NCBI RefSeq assembly: GCF_000025945.1
Contig: NC_006138.1
Coordinates: 360,001 to 392,000 of the forward strand
DNA: 32,000 nucleotides
Source of the DNA: Desulfotalea psychrophila LSv54
Lineage (GTDB): Bacteria; Desulfobacterota; Desulfobulbia; Desulfobulbales; Desulfocapsaceae
Direction of reading: 5' to 3'
Shown: positions 6,894 to 15,179 of the stretch, in pieces
How positions within the stretch are numbered: the stretch's first letter is position 1
Layout: every line of letters starts with the position of its first letter
The notes under the pieces: model-generated
The model's database searches: none
The model's input: the letters and a program-made list of their open reading frames with translations, nothing else
Told to the model about the DNA's origin: nothing
Translations under genes and position numbers: made by a program

Positions 6894-7789
6894 AAGAGCT
6901 TGTTATTATTAGTGGAAAAGGTGGCACAGGCAAGACAAGCATTACTGCGGCATTTGCCTCACTTGCCAAGAATCACATTCTCTGCGACGCAGATGTAGAT
7001 GCAGCCGATCTCCACCTGCTTACCCAGCCGACAATCGAACAGAGCCATGACTTCATGGGCGGCTGCCTAGCCGAGATCCGCCAAGACAAGTGCATAAGCT
7101 GCGGAACATGCCGAGATCTTTGCAAGTTTGGAGCCATCTCAGAAGATTTTGTCGTAGATCCCATTGGCTGTGAAGGCTGCGGTATCTGCGTTGACTTTTG
7201 CCCAGAACAGGCAATTGAATTTCCTCAGCAGAAGTGTGGCGATTGGTTTATCTCCTCCTGTAAATTCGGCCCCATGGTTCATGCCAGACTAGGCATTGCC
7301 GAAGAGAACTCCGGGAAGCTTGTCAGCCTCATCCGTAAGGAGGCAAAACAACTAGCCATGACAGATAGTTATGACTTGATCCTCACCGATGGCCCTCCAG
7401 GTATTGGTTGCCCTGTTATTGCTTCAATCACGGGAGCAACTGCCCTACTTCTGATTGTAGAGCCATCGCTCTCCGGCCTGCATGATATGCAGCGCGTGGC
7501 CCAGCTAGCCCAGCATTTCGCCATACCAACAATGGCCTGTATCAATAAATTTGACCTCAACCTTGAAGTAACAAAAGCCATTGAAGATTCTGCTGAAAAG
7601 TTAGGCCTGACAGTAGTCGGTCACGTTCCATTCAATCCAGTTTTTACCTACTCAATGGTGGAAGGTAAAAATATTTTCGAGTACGGAAAAGAGCCTGAAT
7701 TGCTCGATAATATTAAAGAAATTTGGCAGAAAATATCTTCTTCCAAGCCCATGACAGATAGCGAGAAAATCATACCTCTTGCCCAGTAA
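6890..7789 (+). CDS. MinD/ParA-family P-loop ATPase with an inserted 2x[4Fe-4S] ferredoxin domain (paralog 2)
   Basis: SGKGGTGKTS; CISCGTCRDLC and CEGCGICVDFCP; TDGPPGIGCPV. The start overlaps the previous stop (ATGA at 6890-6893), which implies translational coupling. Confidence 0.9.
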   Translation: MKELVIISGKGGTGKTSITAAFASLAKNHILCDADVDAADLHLLTQPTIEQSHDFMGGCLAEIRQDKCISCGTCRDLCKFGAISEDFVVDPIGCEGCGICVDFCPEQAIEFPQQKCGDWFISSCKFGPMVHARLGIAEENSGKLVSLIRKEAKQLAMTDSYDLILTDGPPGIGCPVIASITGATALLLIVEPSLSGLHDMQRVAQLAQHFAIPTMACINKFDLNLEVTKAIEDSAEKLGLTVVGHVPFNPVFTYSMVEGKNIFEYGKEPELLDNIKEIWQKISSSKPMTDSEKIIPLAQ

Positions 7790-7812
7790 TTTTTACAAGG
7801 AGAACTAAAAAA

Positions 7813-8193
7813 ATGGCTAAAATTCGCATTGCAATCCCATCCAACGGTGAAGGTGGTCTCGACGGAACACGTGCAGGACACTTTGGTCACTGTGATGTCT
7901 TTACCTTTATTGACGCGGAAGATGGAAAAATCATAGAAGTATCAACTACCGAGAACTTGGAGCACATTCAAGGCGGTTGCATGGTGCCTGTTAATCTACT
8001 TGCAGAGCACAAGGTCAACGCCCTGGTTGTCGGTGGTATTGGCATGCGCCCACTCATGGGCTTTAAGCAGGTCGGTATCGAAGTATATCACGATGCAGAA
8101 CGAATGGATATCCGCCCCGTTGTTGAAGATATGCTTGCAGGAAAGCTTCAACTTATTTCAAACGACCAAGTATGTGGTGGTGGTCAACAATAA
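7813..8193 (+). CDS. NifX/NifB-C-terminal-like protein (dinitrogenase FeMo-cofactor-binding fold, MTH1175-like)
   Basis: KIRIAIPSNGEGGLDGTRAGHFGHCDVFTFIDAEDGKI...ALVVGGIGMRPLMGFKQVGIEVY is a typical Nitro_FeMo-Co family layout. AAGGAG RBS at about 7797. Confidence 0.85.
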   Translation: MAKIRIAIPSNGEGGLDGTRAGHFGHCDVFTFIDAEDGKIIEVSTTENLEHIQGGCMVPVNLLAEHKVNALVVGGIGMRPLMGFKQVGIEVYHDAERMDIRPVVEDMLAGKLQLISNDQVCGGGQQ

Positions 8194-8220
8194 ACCCATT
8201 AGCCGGTAGAGGAAAATAAA

Positions 8221-8580
8221 ATGAAAATAGCCATAACCGCAACCGGCCCAAACCTGGATAGCCCTATTGATCCCCGTTTTGGCCGAGCTGCCTATATTAT
8301 TATTGTCGATCCAGAGAGCATGATCTTTGAGGCAGTAGACAATAGCACCAACGTCAACTCATTTAAAGGCGCGGGCATCCAAGCAGCCACTATGGTACAC
8401 GACAAAGGCGCAGAAGTGCTGATGACTGGATACTGTGGGCCAAAGGCATTTCAAATAATCGAAACTGCTGGCATCAAAGTGGTAAGCGATACAACAGGCA
8501 CCGTGGCCAATGCAGTGGAGAAATTCAACAAAGGAAATCTCCAATACACAAGCGCAGCAAACGCTGAAGCACACTGGTAA
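8221..8580 (+). CDS. NifX/NifB-C-terminal-like protein (second copy)
   Basis: MKIAITATGPNLDSPIDPRFGRAAYIIIVDPESMIFEAVDNS...GAGIQAATMVHDKGAEVLMTGYCGPKAFQIIETAGIKV. Confidence 0.85.
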   Translation: MKIAITATGPNLDSPIDPRFGRAAYIIIVDPESMIFEAVDNSTNVNSFKGAGIQAATMVHDKGAEVLMTGYCGPKAFQIIETAGIKVVSDTTGTVANAVEKFNKGNLQYTSAANAEAHW

Positions 8581-8625
8581 ACTGAACTTGGTAACTGAGT
8601 ATCTGCAGTAAAACGTTTACTCCCA

Positions 8626-8714
8626 TCAAGGTGAAAAAACAGCCTTTTAACTTTTATCCTAGTTAAAACAGTTAAAAGTCTGATATACTTTTTTCACCTT
8701 GAGTTTTTTATTTT
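8626..8714 (+). terminator. Long hairpin plus U-tract; terminator of the sigma-54 cassette
   Basis: A perfect 14-bp outer stem, tcaaggtgaaaaaa (8626-8639) with ttttttcaccttga (8689-8702). An inner 8-bp stem, cttttaac with gttaaaag. Followed by gttttttatttt. Confidence 0.6.
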
Positions 8715-8800
8715 ACACTTAAATGGGTGGCAAACAGTTCCAGAACAACCTCCCCTTTATAAGCTGACATCCCTTCTCCCGCTAACCATGAGGCTGTTTT

Positions 8801-9331
8801 ATGAAATCGGGTAAATTCATTGCCTATAGTGCAATTATTGCTCTATTCACTGCAGTTGTCCTGTTTTTCTATCTTCTCGACACGTCAAAGGCCCTCTCCT
8901 ATCTATCAACAGATCCCAAGGCCTGTATCAACTGTCACGTAATGAATGCCCAGTATGCAAGTTGGCAACATAGCTCCCATGCCAATCAGGCAGGTTGTAT
9001 TGACTGCCACCTGCCAACGGATAGCTTTGTCCATAAATACATCTCTAAGGCACGAGACGGATGGAACCACAGCGTCGCCTTTACCCTCAACACCTATGCA
9101 CCCCGAATTGAGATAAGTGCCGATGGGGCAAGACGGGTACAGGCCAACTGTATCTCCTGCCACAACAGGCTGACCGGCACCATCCGGGCAAACGAAGATA
9201 AGTACCACGATTTTTCAAAAGCAAAAGCGACAGAAAGAAAATGCTGGGATTGCCATCGAAACGTTCCCCATGGCGGCGTGCACAGCATCATATCAGCTCC
9301 AAATAATCTTGGTGTAAGAGAATTACAATAG
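8801..9331 (+). CDS. nrfH: NrfH, membrane-anchored tetraheme cytochrome c (NapC/NirT family), quinol-oxidising subunit of nitrite reductase
   Basis: N-terminal transmembrane helix plus four CxxCH motifs (CINCH, CIDCH, CISCH, CWDCH). Immediately upstream of nrfA. Confidence 0.9.
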   Translation: MKSGKFIAYSAIIALFTAVVLFFYLLDTSKALSYLSTDPKACINCHVMNAQYASWQHSSHANQAGCIDCHLPTDSFVHKYISKARDGWNHSVAFTLNTYAPRIEISADGARRVQANCISCHNRLTGTIRANEDKYHDFSKAKATERKCWDCHRNVPHGGVHSIISAPNNLGVRELQ

Positions 9332-9342
9332 GAGGAAACCCT

Positions 9343-10869
9343 GTGAATAAGTCCTATAAAATATTACTGACAGGATCGGTGATTGCAATTGGTGCCATGG
9401 GCCTCATGGCAAACTCCATCAACAGTCGAGAGGCAGAGCGAAAAGAGATCAACACGGGGCCTGTTGTCCAGGCTGAGGGAGTGGCCAGCAAAAACGAAGA
9501 GTGGTATCGTTACTATCCGCGAGAATACGATAGTTGGAAACAGACAAAAAAAAGCGACAAAATCACCGATCTTCTGAGAGAAAAGCCTCAACTTGCGATC
9601 ATCTGGGCCGGCTATGGCTTTGCCAAAGATTACAACGCCCCACGAGGTCATTTCTACGCCATCCAGGACAACATCAACACCCTGCGCACCGGCGCCCCCA
9701 CGGGACCATCCAATGGACCAATGCCCACGGCCTGCTGGACCTGTAAATCCCCCGATGTCCCCCGTCTGATGGACGAGGTGGGTGAAAATGAATTCTTTAC
9801 CGGAAAATGGGCCAAATATGGGAACCAAATCGTCAACCCCATTGGTTGCGCTGACTGTCACAATAGCCAGACGGGTAACCTCGGCTTTAGTCGACCTCAC
9901 CTGGGAAGAGCACTTGAGGCCAGTGGAGTAAATCTTGACGAGATCACCTTCCAAGACATGCGCACCCTGGTCTGTGCCCAATGTCACGTCGAATATTATT
10001 TCCGGCCAACGGAATGGACAGACAAAACGGGTAAGACAAAAACTGCCAAGGTGGTTACCCTGCCCTGGGCCAAGGGACTCTCAGCTGAAAACATGGAAGA
10101 GTATTACGATGAATATAGTTTTAAGGACTGGACCCATAAGATAAGCAAGGCCCCCATGCTCAAGGCTCAGCATCCGGGTTACGAACTCTTCTCCAAGGGA
10201 ATCCACGCCCAAAATGGCGTCTCCTGTGCCGACTGCCATATGCCCTACAAGCAACAGGGTTCCATCAAGTATACAGATCATAATATAGGCAATCCCCTGG
10301 ATGACATAGCCAGCACCTGCCTCACCTGCCACCGTGACAGTGAAAAGGCCTTCAGGGACCGCGTTGCCAGCAAACTTGAACGCAAAGAGCAGCTCATGAA
10401 GATGGCCATGGATACTCTGGCCGCAGCCCATCTTGAAGCAGGAAAGGCCTGGGAACTTGGGGCCACAGAGGCAGAGATGCAGCCCGTACTTGAGCTCCTT
10501 CGCTCCGGCCAATGGCTATGGGATTACTCCATTGCCAGCCATGGTTCCTTCTTTCACTCTCCCGAAGAGACCCTTCGGCTCTTGGGAGTAGCCAATGACA
10601 AGGGTGGCAAAGCGCGAATAAAACTTGCGGCAATTCTGGCTCAACATGGCCTGATCGGCTATCAGGTTCCAGATTTTTCTACCAAGGAAAAAGCCCAGGC
10701 ACTTGCCGGCGTCCCTCTCCAGAAGCTCATTACAGAGAAGAAGGCCTTCGAGTCAACCCTGCTTGAGCAGTGGAATGAGGAGGCCGTAAAAGCTGGCCGT
10801 CTTGATCCTAAAACCCTTGAAGGAATGAGCAACAAGAGTTCCTGGTCTCAAACCGAGCTCTCTCAGTAG
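9343..10869 (+). CDS. nrfA: NrfA, pentaheme cytochrome c nitrite reductase (ammonia-forming)
   Basis: Signal peptide. Diagnostic CWTCK (CxxCK active-site heme, 9733-9747) plus CADCH, CAQCH, CADCH and CLTCH. GTG start at 9343 with an AGGAGG RBS at 9331-9336. Confidence 0.95.
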   Translation: MNKSYKILLTGSVIAIGAMGLMANSINSREAERKEINTGPVVQAEGVASKNEEWYRYYPREYDSWKQTKKSDKITDLLREKPQLAIIWAGYGFAKDYNAPRGHFYAIQDNINTLRTGAPTGPSNGPMPTACWTCKSPDVPRLMDEVGENEFFTGKWAKYGNQIVNPIGCADCHNSQTGNLGFSRPHLGRALEASGVNLDEITFQDMRTLVCAQCHVEYYFRPTEWTDKTGKTKTAKVVTLPWAKGLSAENMEEYYDEYSFKDWTHKISKAPMLKAQHPGYELFSKGIHAQNGVSCADCHMPYKQQGSIKYTDHNIGNPLDDIASTCLTCHRDSEKAFRDRVASKLERKEQLMKMAMDTLAAAHLEAGKAWELGATEAEMQPVLELLRSGQWLWDYSIASHGSFFHSPEETLRLLGVANDKGGKARIKLAAILAQHGLIGYQVPDFSTKEKAQALAGVPLQKLITEKKAFESTLLEQWNEEAVKAGRLDPKTLEGMSNKSSWSQTELSQ

Positions 10870-10897
10870 AGATTCATAGCTTCCCTCTCCTAGAAAT

Positions 10898-10946
10898 GGC
10901 CCCATTGCCAGCAGACCCTATCTGCAGGTAATGGGGTATTTATTTA
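10898..10946 (+). terminator. Rho-independent terminator after nrfA
   Basis: ccccattgccagcag (10900-10914) pairs with ctgcaggtaatgggg (10922-10936) at 13 of 15 positions. Followed by tatttattta. Confidence 0.55.
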
Positions 10947-11047
10947 CCCAAAGCACAATCACGCCTGTTTTTTAAAGATCTATCAGCTCTTTCATAGTAG
11001 GTTGGCGGCCAAAACCAATAAACATTCCCCTCAACCAAGATATAAAA

Positions 11048-12427
11048 ATGGACTTTATTAACTTTTCTCACTCAGGCCTGAAAATCAAAGAACTCACCAT
11101 TACTCCGGGGGATACCTGGTGCTTTTATGGAGGAAATCTCTCGGGCAGTGAAGCGTTCCTCCAACTACTTACTGGCAACCTCGGTCACGAAGGAAAAAAA
11201 CACCCAGCCGTCCTGCCTCAGGCGAGCGTGGTCTCCTTTGATAAACTCCAAGAGGTTTTTGAAGCGGAACTGGCCAAGGATGATTCAGATTTCCTTGACT
11301 ACCTTGATCCCGGTACAGTTGCCGGAGACTTCCTGCCCCATGGTAGCCTCTACCACCCCCTTGTCAGCATCCTGGGAATGAAGGAAAAGCTGGAAACCGG
11401 TTTTAAGCAGCTCAGCTCAGGTCAGGCAAGAAAACTGCTTCTCCTGGAGGCCATCCTTGGTGGGAAAAAACATATTATTCTGCACACCCCCTACGACGGT
11501 TTAGACAGCAAAAGTTGCCTAGAGCTCAACCTTGCCCTCCAGGCCCTACCCGAAAACCTGACCCTGCTCCTCTTTGTTCATAACATAGATGACATACCTG
11601 ACTGGTGCAGCCACATTGGCTGGTTTAAGGACAATGCCCTCTACCGCCAGGGAGACTACAAAGAGATTATCGGCGATATTCGAAGTGAAGAGCTGGAGAT
11701 ACGAGAGATAAACCTGCCCAGCCAGAGCCGTCCCTCCTCCGAAGAGCTACTCTATCTTCGGGCAGGATTTGGCAGCTACCAGGGAAAAAATGTCTTTACC
11801 GGCCTTAATCTACACATCCACTCCGGCGACCACCTCCTTATTACCGGGGCCAACGGCTGCGGCAAGTCGACCCTCCTCCAGATCATCACCGGAGACCATC
11901 CCGACTGCTACGTCAACGACCTCCGTCTCTTTGCCCATAAACGAGGCAGCGGCGAGTCTATCTGGGATATCAAAAAACAGATGGGTATTGTCTCCCCTGA
12001 TCTACATCGAAACCACAGATGCCCGGGTTCTGCCCTGCATATTGTTATCAGCGGTCTCTATGACACCATAGGTCTTTATGTACGTCCCAGTCAGCAGGAG
12101 ATTAAAGAGGGATTAAAATGGATTGCCTGGTTGGGCCTAGAGGAGAAAGCGGAAAAGCCATTTCGCAGCCTGAGCTTTGCCGAGCAACGACTGATCCTCA
12201 TCGCCCGAGGTCTAATAAAGATTCCTCGCCTCCTCATCCTCGACGAGGCAAGTCAGGGACTGGACGAAAGCTACCGGGAACAGTTTATGACCGTTATAGA
12301 AAAAATTGCCCGGGAACAGCTCTCCACCATCCTCTTTGTCAGCCACCGGGAAGATGAACATCGCGATTTTTTCAAATACCACATAAAACTGGGTCAGTAT
12401 AGCCCGCTAAACAGAGAGGAGAAGTAA
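11048..12427 (+). CDS. modF: ModF-like soluble ATPase with two ABC nucleotide-binding domains; the N-terminal domain is degenerate
   Basis: The C-terminal domain is canonical (GANGCGKST, LSFAEQRLILIARGL, LLILDEASQGLD). The segment ITGDHPDCYVNDLRLFAHKRGSGESIWDIKKQMGIVS closely recalls E. coli ModF. The N-terminal domain keeps LSSGQARKL but has GGNLSGSEA in place of Walker A and ILHTPYDGLD in place of Walker B. Confidence 0.75.
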   Translation: MDFINFSHSGLKIKELTITPGDTWCFYGGNLSGSEAFLQLLTGNLGHEGKKHPAVLPQASVVSFDKLQEVFEAELAKDDSDFLDYLDPGTVAGDFLPHGSLYHPLVSILGMKEKLETGFKQLSSGQARKLLLLEAILGGKKHIILHTPYDGLDSKSCLELNLALQALPENLTLLLFVHNIDDIPDWCSHIGWFKDNALYRQGDYKEIIGDIRSEELEIREINLPSQSRPSSEELLYLRAGFGSYQGKNVFTGLNLHIHSGDHLLITGANGCGKSTLLQIITGDHPDCYVNDLRLFAHKRGSGESIWDIKKQMGIVSPDLHRNHRCPGSALHIVISGLYDTIGLYVRPSQQEIKEGLKWIAWLGLEEKAEKPFRSLSFAEQRLILIARGLIKIPRLLILDEASQGLDESYREQFMTVIEKIAREQLSTILFVSHREDEHRDFFKYHIKLGQYSPLNREEK

Positions 12428-12428
12428 T

Positions 12429-12734
12429 ATGATTACCGTTCTAGCCTCAATAACTGTCAAAGATGGCTCTATGGAGGAGTTTCTCCGTATATTCAAGGAG
12501 AACGTGTCAGCGGTTCTCGCCGAGGAGGGCTGTATTGAATACTACCCCGCCATCGATACCAGAACAGATCTCCCCCCCCAGATCTACCAGGAAAACACAG
12601 TAACCATCATAGAAAAATGGCAGAGCTTAGCCGCCCTCAAGGCCCATCTGGCCACAGCGCATATGCTTGCCTATAAAGAGGCCACCGCCTCCATGCTGGA
12701 AACACTCTCCCTCAAGATATTGGAAAACGCATAG
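12429..12734 (+). CDS. ABM-domain (antibiotic biosynthesis monooxygenase fold, YgiN-like) protein
   Basis: 101 aa. MITVLASITVKDGSMEEFLRIFKENVSAVLAEEGCIEYY...IIEKWQSLAALKAHLATAHMLAYK shows the typical ABM ferredoxin-like pattern. The start lies 1 nt after the modF-like stop, with a GAGGAG RBS. Confidence 0.7.
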   Translation: MITVLASITVKDGSMEEFLRIFKENVSAVLAEEGCIEYYPAIDTRTDLPPQIYQENTVTIIEKWQSLAALKAHLATAHMLAYKEATASMLETLSLKILENA

Positions 12735-12749
12735 GAGAGAGCACACTCT

Positions 12750-12873
12750 TTGCCCCCTCCTTGTCTCAGCCAATGACCAGGGCTACTGCCCCAAGTAGCC
12801 CATCGCTGAGAGCCTCAGGCCAACTACGTTCAGCCAATCTCATCGGTTGAGTAGCGGGCAGGAGGAGGGGCAA
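12750..12873 (+). other. Approximately 125-nt nested inverted-repeat element (multi-stem RNA structure or MITE/REP-like repeat)
   Basis: Outer arms ttgccccctcct (12750-12761) and aggaggaggggcaa (12860-12873). Inner stems are tctcagc/gctgaga (12764-12770 with 12805-12811), gggctact/agtagccc (12780-12787 with 12794-12801), gcc-tca-ggc, and cuac..ucagcc / gguuga-guag, which contains a G-U pair. Confidence 0.4.
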
Positions 12874-13281
12874 CCCCATAACATATTTTCCTACACTTAT
12901 ACCGACTCGACGCCAAAGGTAATCACACCCTGAAGGCTGTTACCCATCAAACTATTTTCTCCACCCAACTCGTTAATTCACCGAATCAAACTAAGCGAAA
13001 CTCTCTCTCCATTGATCTTCAATATCATTTTATTATCTCATTGCTATTTTTAAGAGGTAGCAGCGAGCTCTACAAACCAACATCCCAGAAAGCTGCTCTA
13101 TGGCAAATATGGATAAGCCCCGACAGCCATCACCCACAAATATTTCACCTTGATGGCGAACTACACAATATTAAAATCTATTTTAAACTCATTTTTTCTG
13201 TACTTAGTGATAAGTTTGTGGGATGCTAGCAGAAATCAGCTCTTCACCAGAACTCATCCGAAGAACCAAGGGCAAAAAATA

Positions 13282-14034
13282 ATGGTCAAGATACTCCTCA
13301 TACAGGCCGCCAGAAAACTGTGGACAGCAACAAAGGATCTGTTGCCAATAATCCTCATTATAGCCTTCTTTCAGATAGTTGTCATCAAACAGCCCCTGCC
13401 AGATGCAGGAGGGATACTGACAGGATTGCTCCTGGTAATCTTGGGTCTTGCCCTCTTTGTCGAAGGACTGGAAATTGCCCTCTTCCCCATCGGCGAAAGC
13501 ATGGCCCACGCCCTCTCTAAAAAAGGTAGTGTCTTTTGGGTCCTCACCTTTGCCTTTCTTCTCGGCTTCTCGACCACAATTGCAGAGCCCGCCCTGGTAG
13601 CGGTCTCCGGCAAGGCAGCAGACGTTGCCGTCCGGGGAGGCCTGCTGGAAAACACACCCCAGGCAATTGCCTCCTATGCAACAGGAATCCGACTTTCAGT
13701 GGCCTTTTCCGTTGGCCTTGCCATCCTCCTCGGCGTACTGCGTATCCTCCTGGGTTGGCCCATACATTTTATTATTATCGGCGGCTACCTGTTGGTGATG
13801 CTGATAAGCAGCGTCGCTCCCAAGGAGATAATCGGCATTGCCTACGATGCAGGAGGTGTCACCACCTCCACCATTACCGTTCCCCTCGTCACCGCTCTCG
13901 GAGTAGGTTTGGCAACGGTTATCAAAGGCAGAAGCCCCCTTCTCGATGGCTTTGGCCTCATCGCCTTCGCCTCCCTGTTACCCATGATATTCGTCATGGG
14001 CTACGGCATATTTATGTTTGGATGGGCATTATGA
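13282..14034 (+). CDS. DUF1538-type polytopic membrane protein (paralog A)
   Basis: [40 protein letters not shown]...[14 protein letters not shown]...[10 protein letters not shown]...[25 protein letters not shown]...[17 protein letters not shown] 13282 was chosen by alignment with the downstream paralog. The track ORF start at 13150 adds a non-homologous extension. Confidence 0.8.
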   Translation: MVKILLIQAARKLWTATKDLLPIILIIAFFQIVVIKQPLPDAGGILTGLLLVILGLALFVEGLEIALFPIGESMAHALSKKGSVFWVLTFAFLLGFSTTIAEPALVAVSGKAADVAVRGGLLENTPQAIASYATGIRLSVAFSVGLAILLGVLRILLGWPIHFIIIGGYLLVMLISSVAPKEIIGIAYDAGGVTTSTITVPLVTALGVGLATVIKGRSPLLDGFGLIAFASLLPMIFVMGYGIFMFGWAL

Positions 14035-14807
14035 TAATTGAACTTTTTTGGACACTGCTCTCGACCATACGGGACGTTCTTCCCATCATCCTTCTCTTTG
14101 GTTTTTTTCAACTGGTGGTACTTCGCAGCGCCCTGCCCAATCCCAGACGTCTCTGCTTTGGCATTGTCTATGTTATCCTTGGTCTTACCCTCTTTTTAGT
14201 GGGACTTGAAAACGCCCTCTTCCCCATCGGCAAGATCATGGCTACCCAACTCACCGACCCCATCTTTCTCCAAGGTGACAGGGCAAGTATCGACCTCGGC
14301 TATTGGGCAAATTATGGGTGGATATACTGTTTTGCCGCCTGCATTGGCTTTGCCACAACCATTGCGGAGCCATCCCTTATAGCTGTCGCCTATAAGGCTA
14401 ATGAGGTGTCCGGTGGTGCCATTAGCAGCTGGGGCCTGCGCATCACCGTTGCCACAGGAGTTGCCATTGGCATCAGCCTTGGCTCATTTCGAATTGTCAC
14501 AGGAACACCCCTATATTTATATATAATGGTAGGGTATATTATTGTTATATTACAAACATTTTTCACCCCAAAATCCATTATCGCCCTGGCCTACGACTCG
14601 GGCGGAGTGACAACCTCCACGGTAACGGTACCCATTGTAACAGCGCTTGGACTCGGACTTGCCACCTCTGTGCCTGGACGATCTCCTGCAATTGACGGCT
14701 TTGGCCTCATCGCCTTTGCCTCTCTTTTTCCTATTATTACGGTATTAGGATATGCTCAATATATTCATTGGGTAAGTACTCGGAATAAGAAACCCATAAA
14801 GGAGTAA
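14031..14807 (+). CDS. DUF1538-type polytopic membrane protein (paralog B)
   Basis: [36 protein letters not shown]...[14 protein letters not shown]...[10 protein letters not shown]...[25 protein letters not shown]...[14 protein letters not shown]. The start overlaps the stop of paralog A (ATGA at 14031-14034). Confidence 0.8.
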   Translation: MIIELFWTLLSTIRDVLPIILLFGFFQLVVLRSALPNPRRLCFGIVYVILGLTLFLVGLENALFPIGKIMATQLTDPIFLQGDRASIDLGYWANYGWIYCFAACIGFATTIAEPSLIAVAYKANEVSGGAISSWGLRITVATGVAIGISLGSFRIVTGTPLYLYIMVGYIIVILQTFFTPKSIIALAYDSGGVTTSTVTVPIVTALGLGLATSVPGRSPAIDGFGLIAFASLFPIITVLGYAQYIHWVSTRNKKPIKE

Positions 14808-14810
14808 AAT

Positions 14811-15158
14811 ATGCGATTTCAACTTATTCTAGCATCCGTTAAATCGGATATCACAGATAAGGTTGTTGATGGAGCAAAGGCAGCGGGAGCAACGGGAGCA
14901 ACAATTATCACTGCCCGTGGCACTGGCCTTCGTGAGGCAAAGACATTTTTTGGTCTCTCCCTGGAGGCTCAAACGGACATCATCATGTTCTTGGTAGAAG
15001 AACATGTTCTCCAACCCATACTCGATGCCATTGGTACCATAGGTGAGTTTCACAAACCAGGCACAGGCATCGCCTTTGTCCTGCCCGTGGACCAGGTTAT
15101 TGGCCTTGAAAGCCAGATAGAAAGATTTAAAGAAGAAGCGCGAAAAAAATACTTTTAA
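14811..15158 (+). CDS. PII-like signal-transduction protein with a shortened T-loop
   Basis: MRFQLILASVKSDITDKVVDGAKAAGATGATIITARGTGLREAKTFFGLSLEAQTDIIMFLV...HKPGTGIAFVLPVDQVIGL shows the PII beta-alpha-beta fold pattern. The T-loop is about 6 residues shorter than in GlnB and has no Tyr51 equivalent. AAGGAG RBS; the start lies 3 nt after the upstream stop. Confidence 0.75.
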   Translation: MRFQLILASVKSDITDKVVDGAKAAGATGATIITARGTGLREAKTFFGLSLEAQTDIIMFLVEEHVLQPILDAIGTIGEFHKPGTGIAFVLPVDQVIGLESQIERFKEEARKKYF

Positions 15159-15179
15159 TATCAATTAAGAGGTCACAAG

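Noticed and set aside
8726-8745. tgggTGGCAAacagtTCCAg, sigma-54-like, upstream of nrfH
   Set aside because: The -12 position has CC rather than the invariant GC, so it is not a credible -24/-12 promoter.
9364-9987. 207-aa minus-strand ORF (and other antisense ORFs at 10081-10512 and 10394-10633) inside nrfA
   Set aside because: These are antisense to an unambiguous pentaheme NrfA and their products have no recognisable motifs.
3935-12734. Possibility that the DNA downstream of selC is an integrated genomic island
   Set aside because: I noticed no integrase, no repeat of the tRNA 3' end and no compositional break. The genes are typical core anaerobe functions.
13041-13281. 62-aa ORF and the upstream extension of the first DUF1538 gene (track start 13150)
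   Set aside because: AT-rich, with no homology to the paralog. Alignment of the two paralogs fixes the start at 13282.
13536-14030. 165-codon upstream extension of the second DUF1538 ORF, overlapping the first gene in another frame
   Set aside because: The translation is Arg/Pro/His-rich and nonsense-like. The paralog alignment and the ATGA overlap support a start at 14031.
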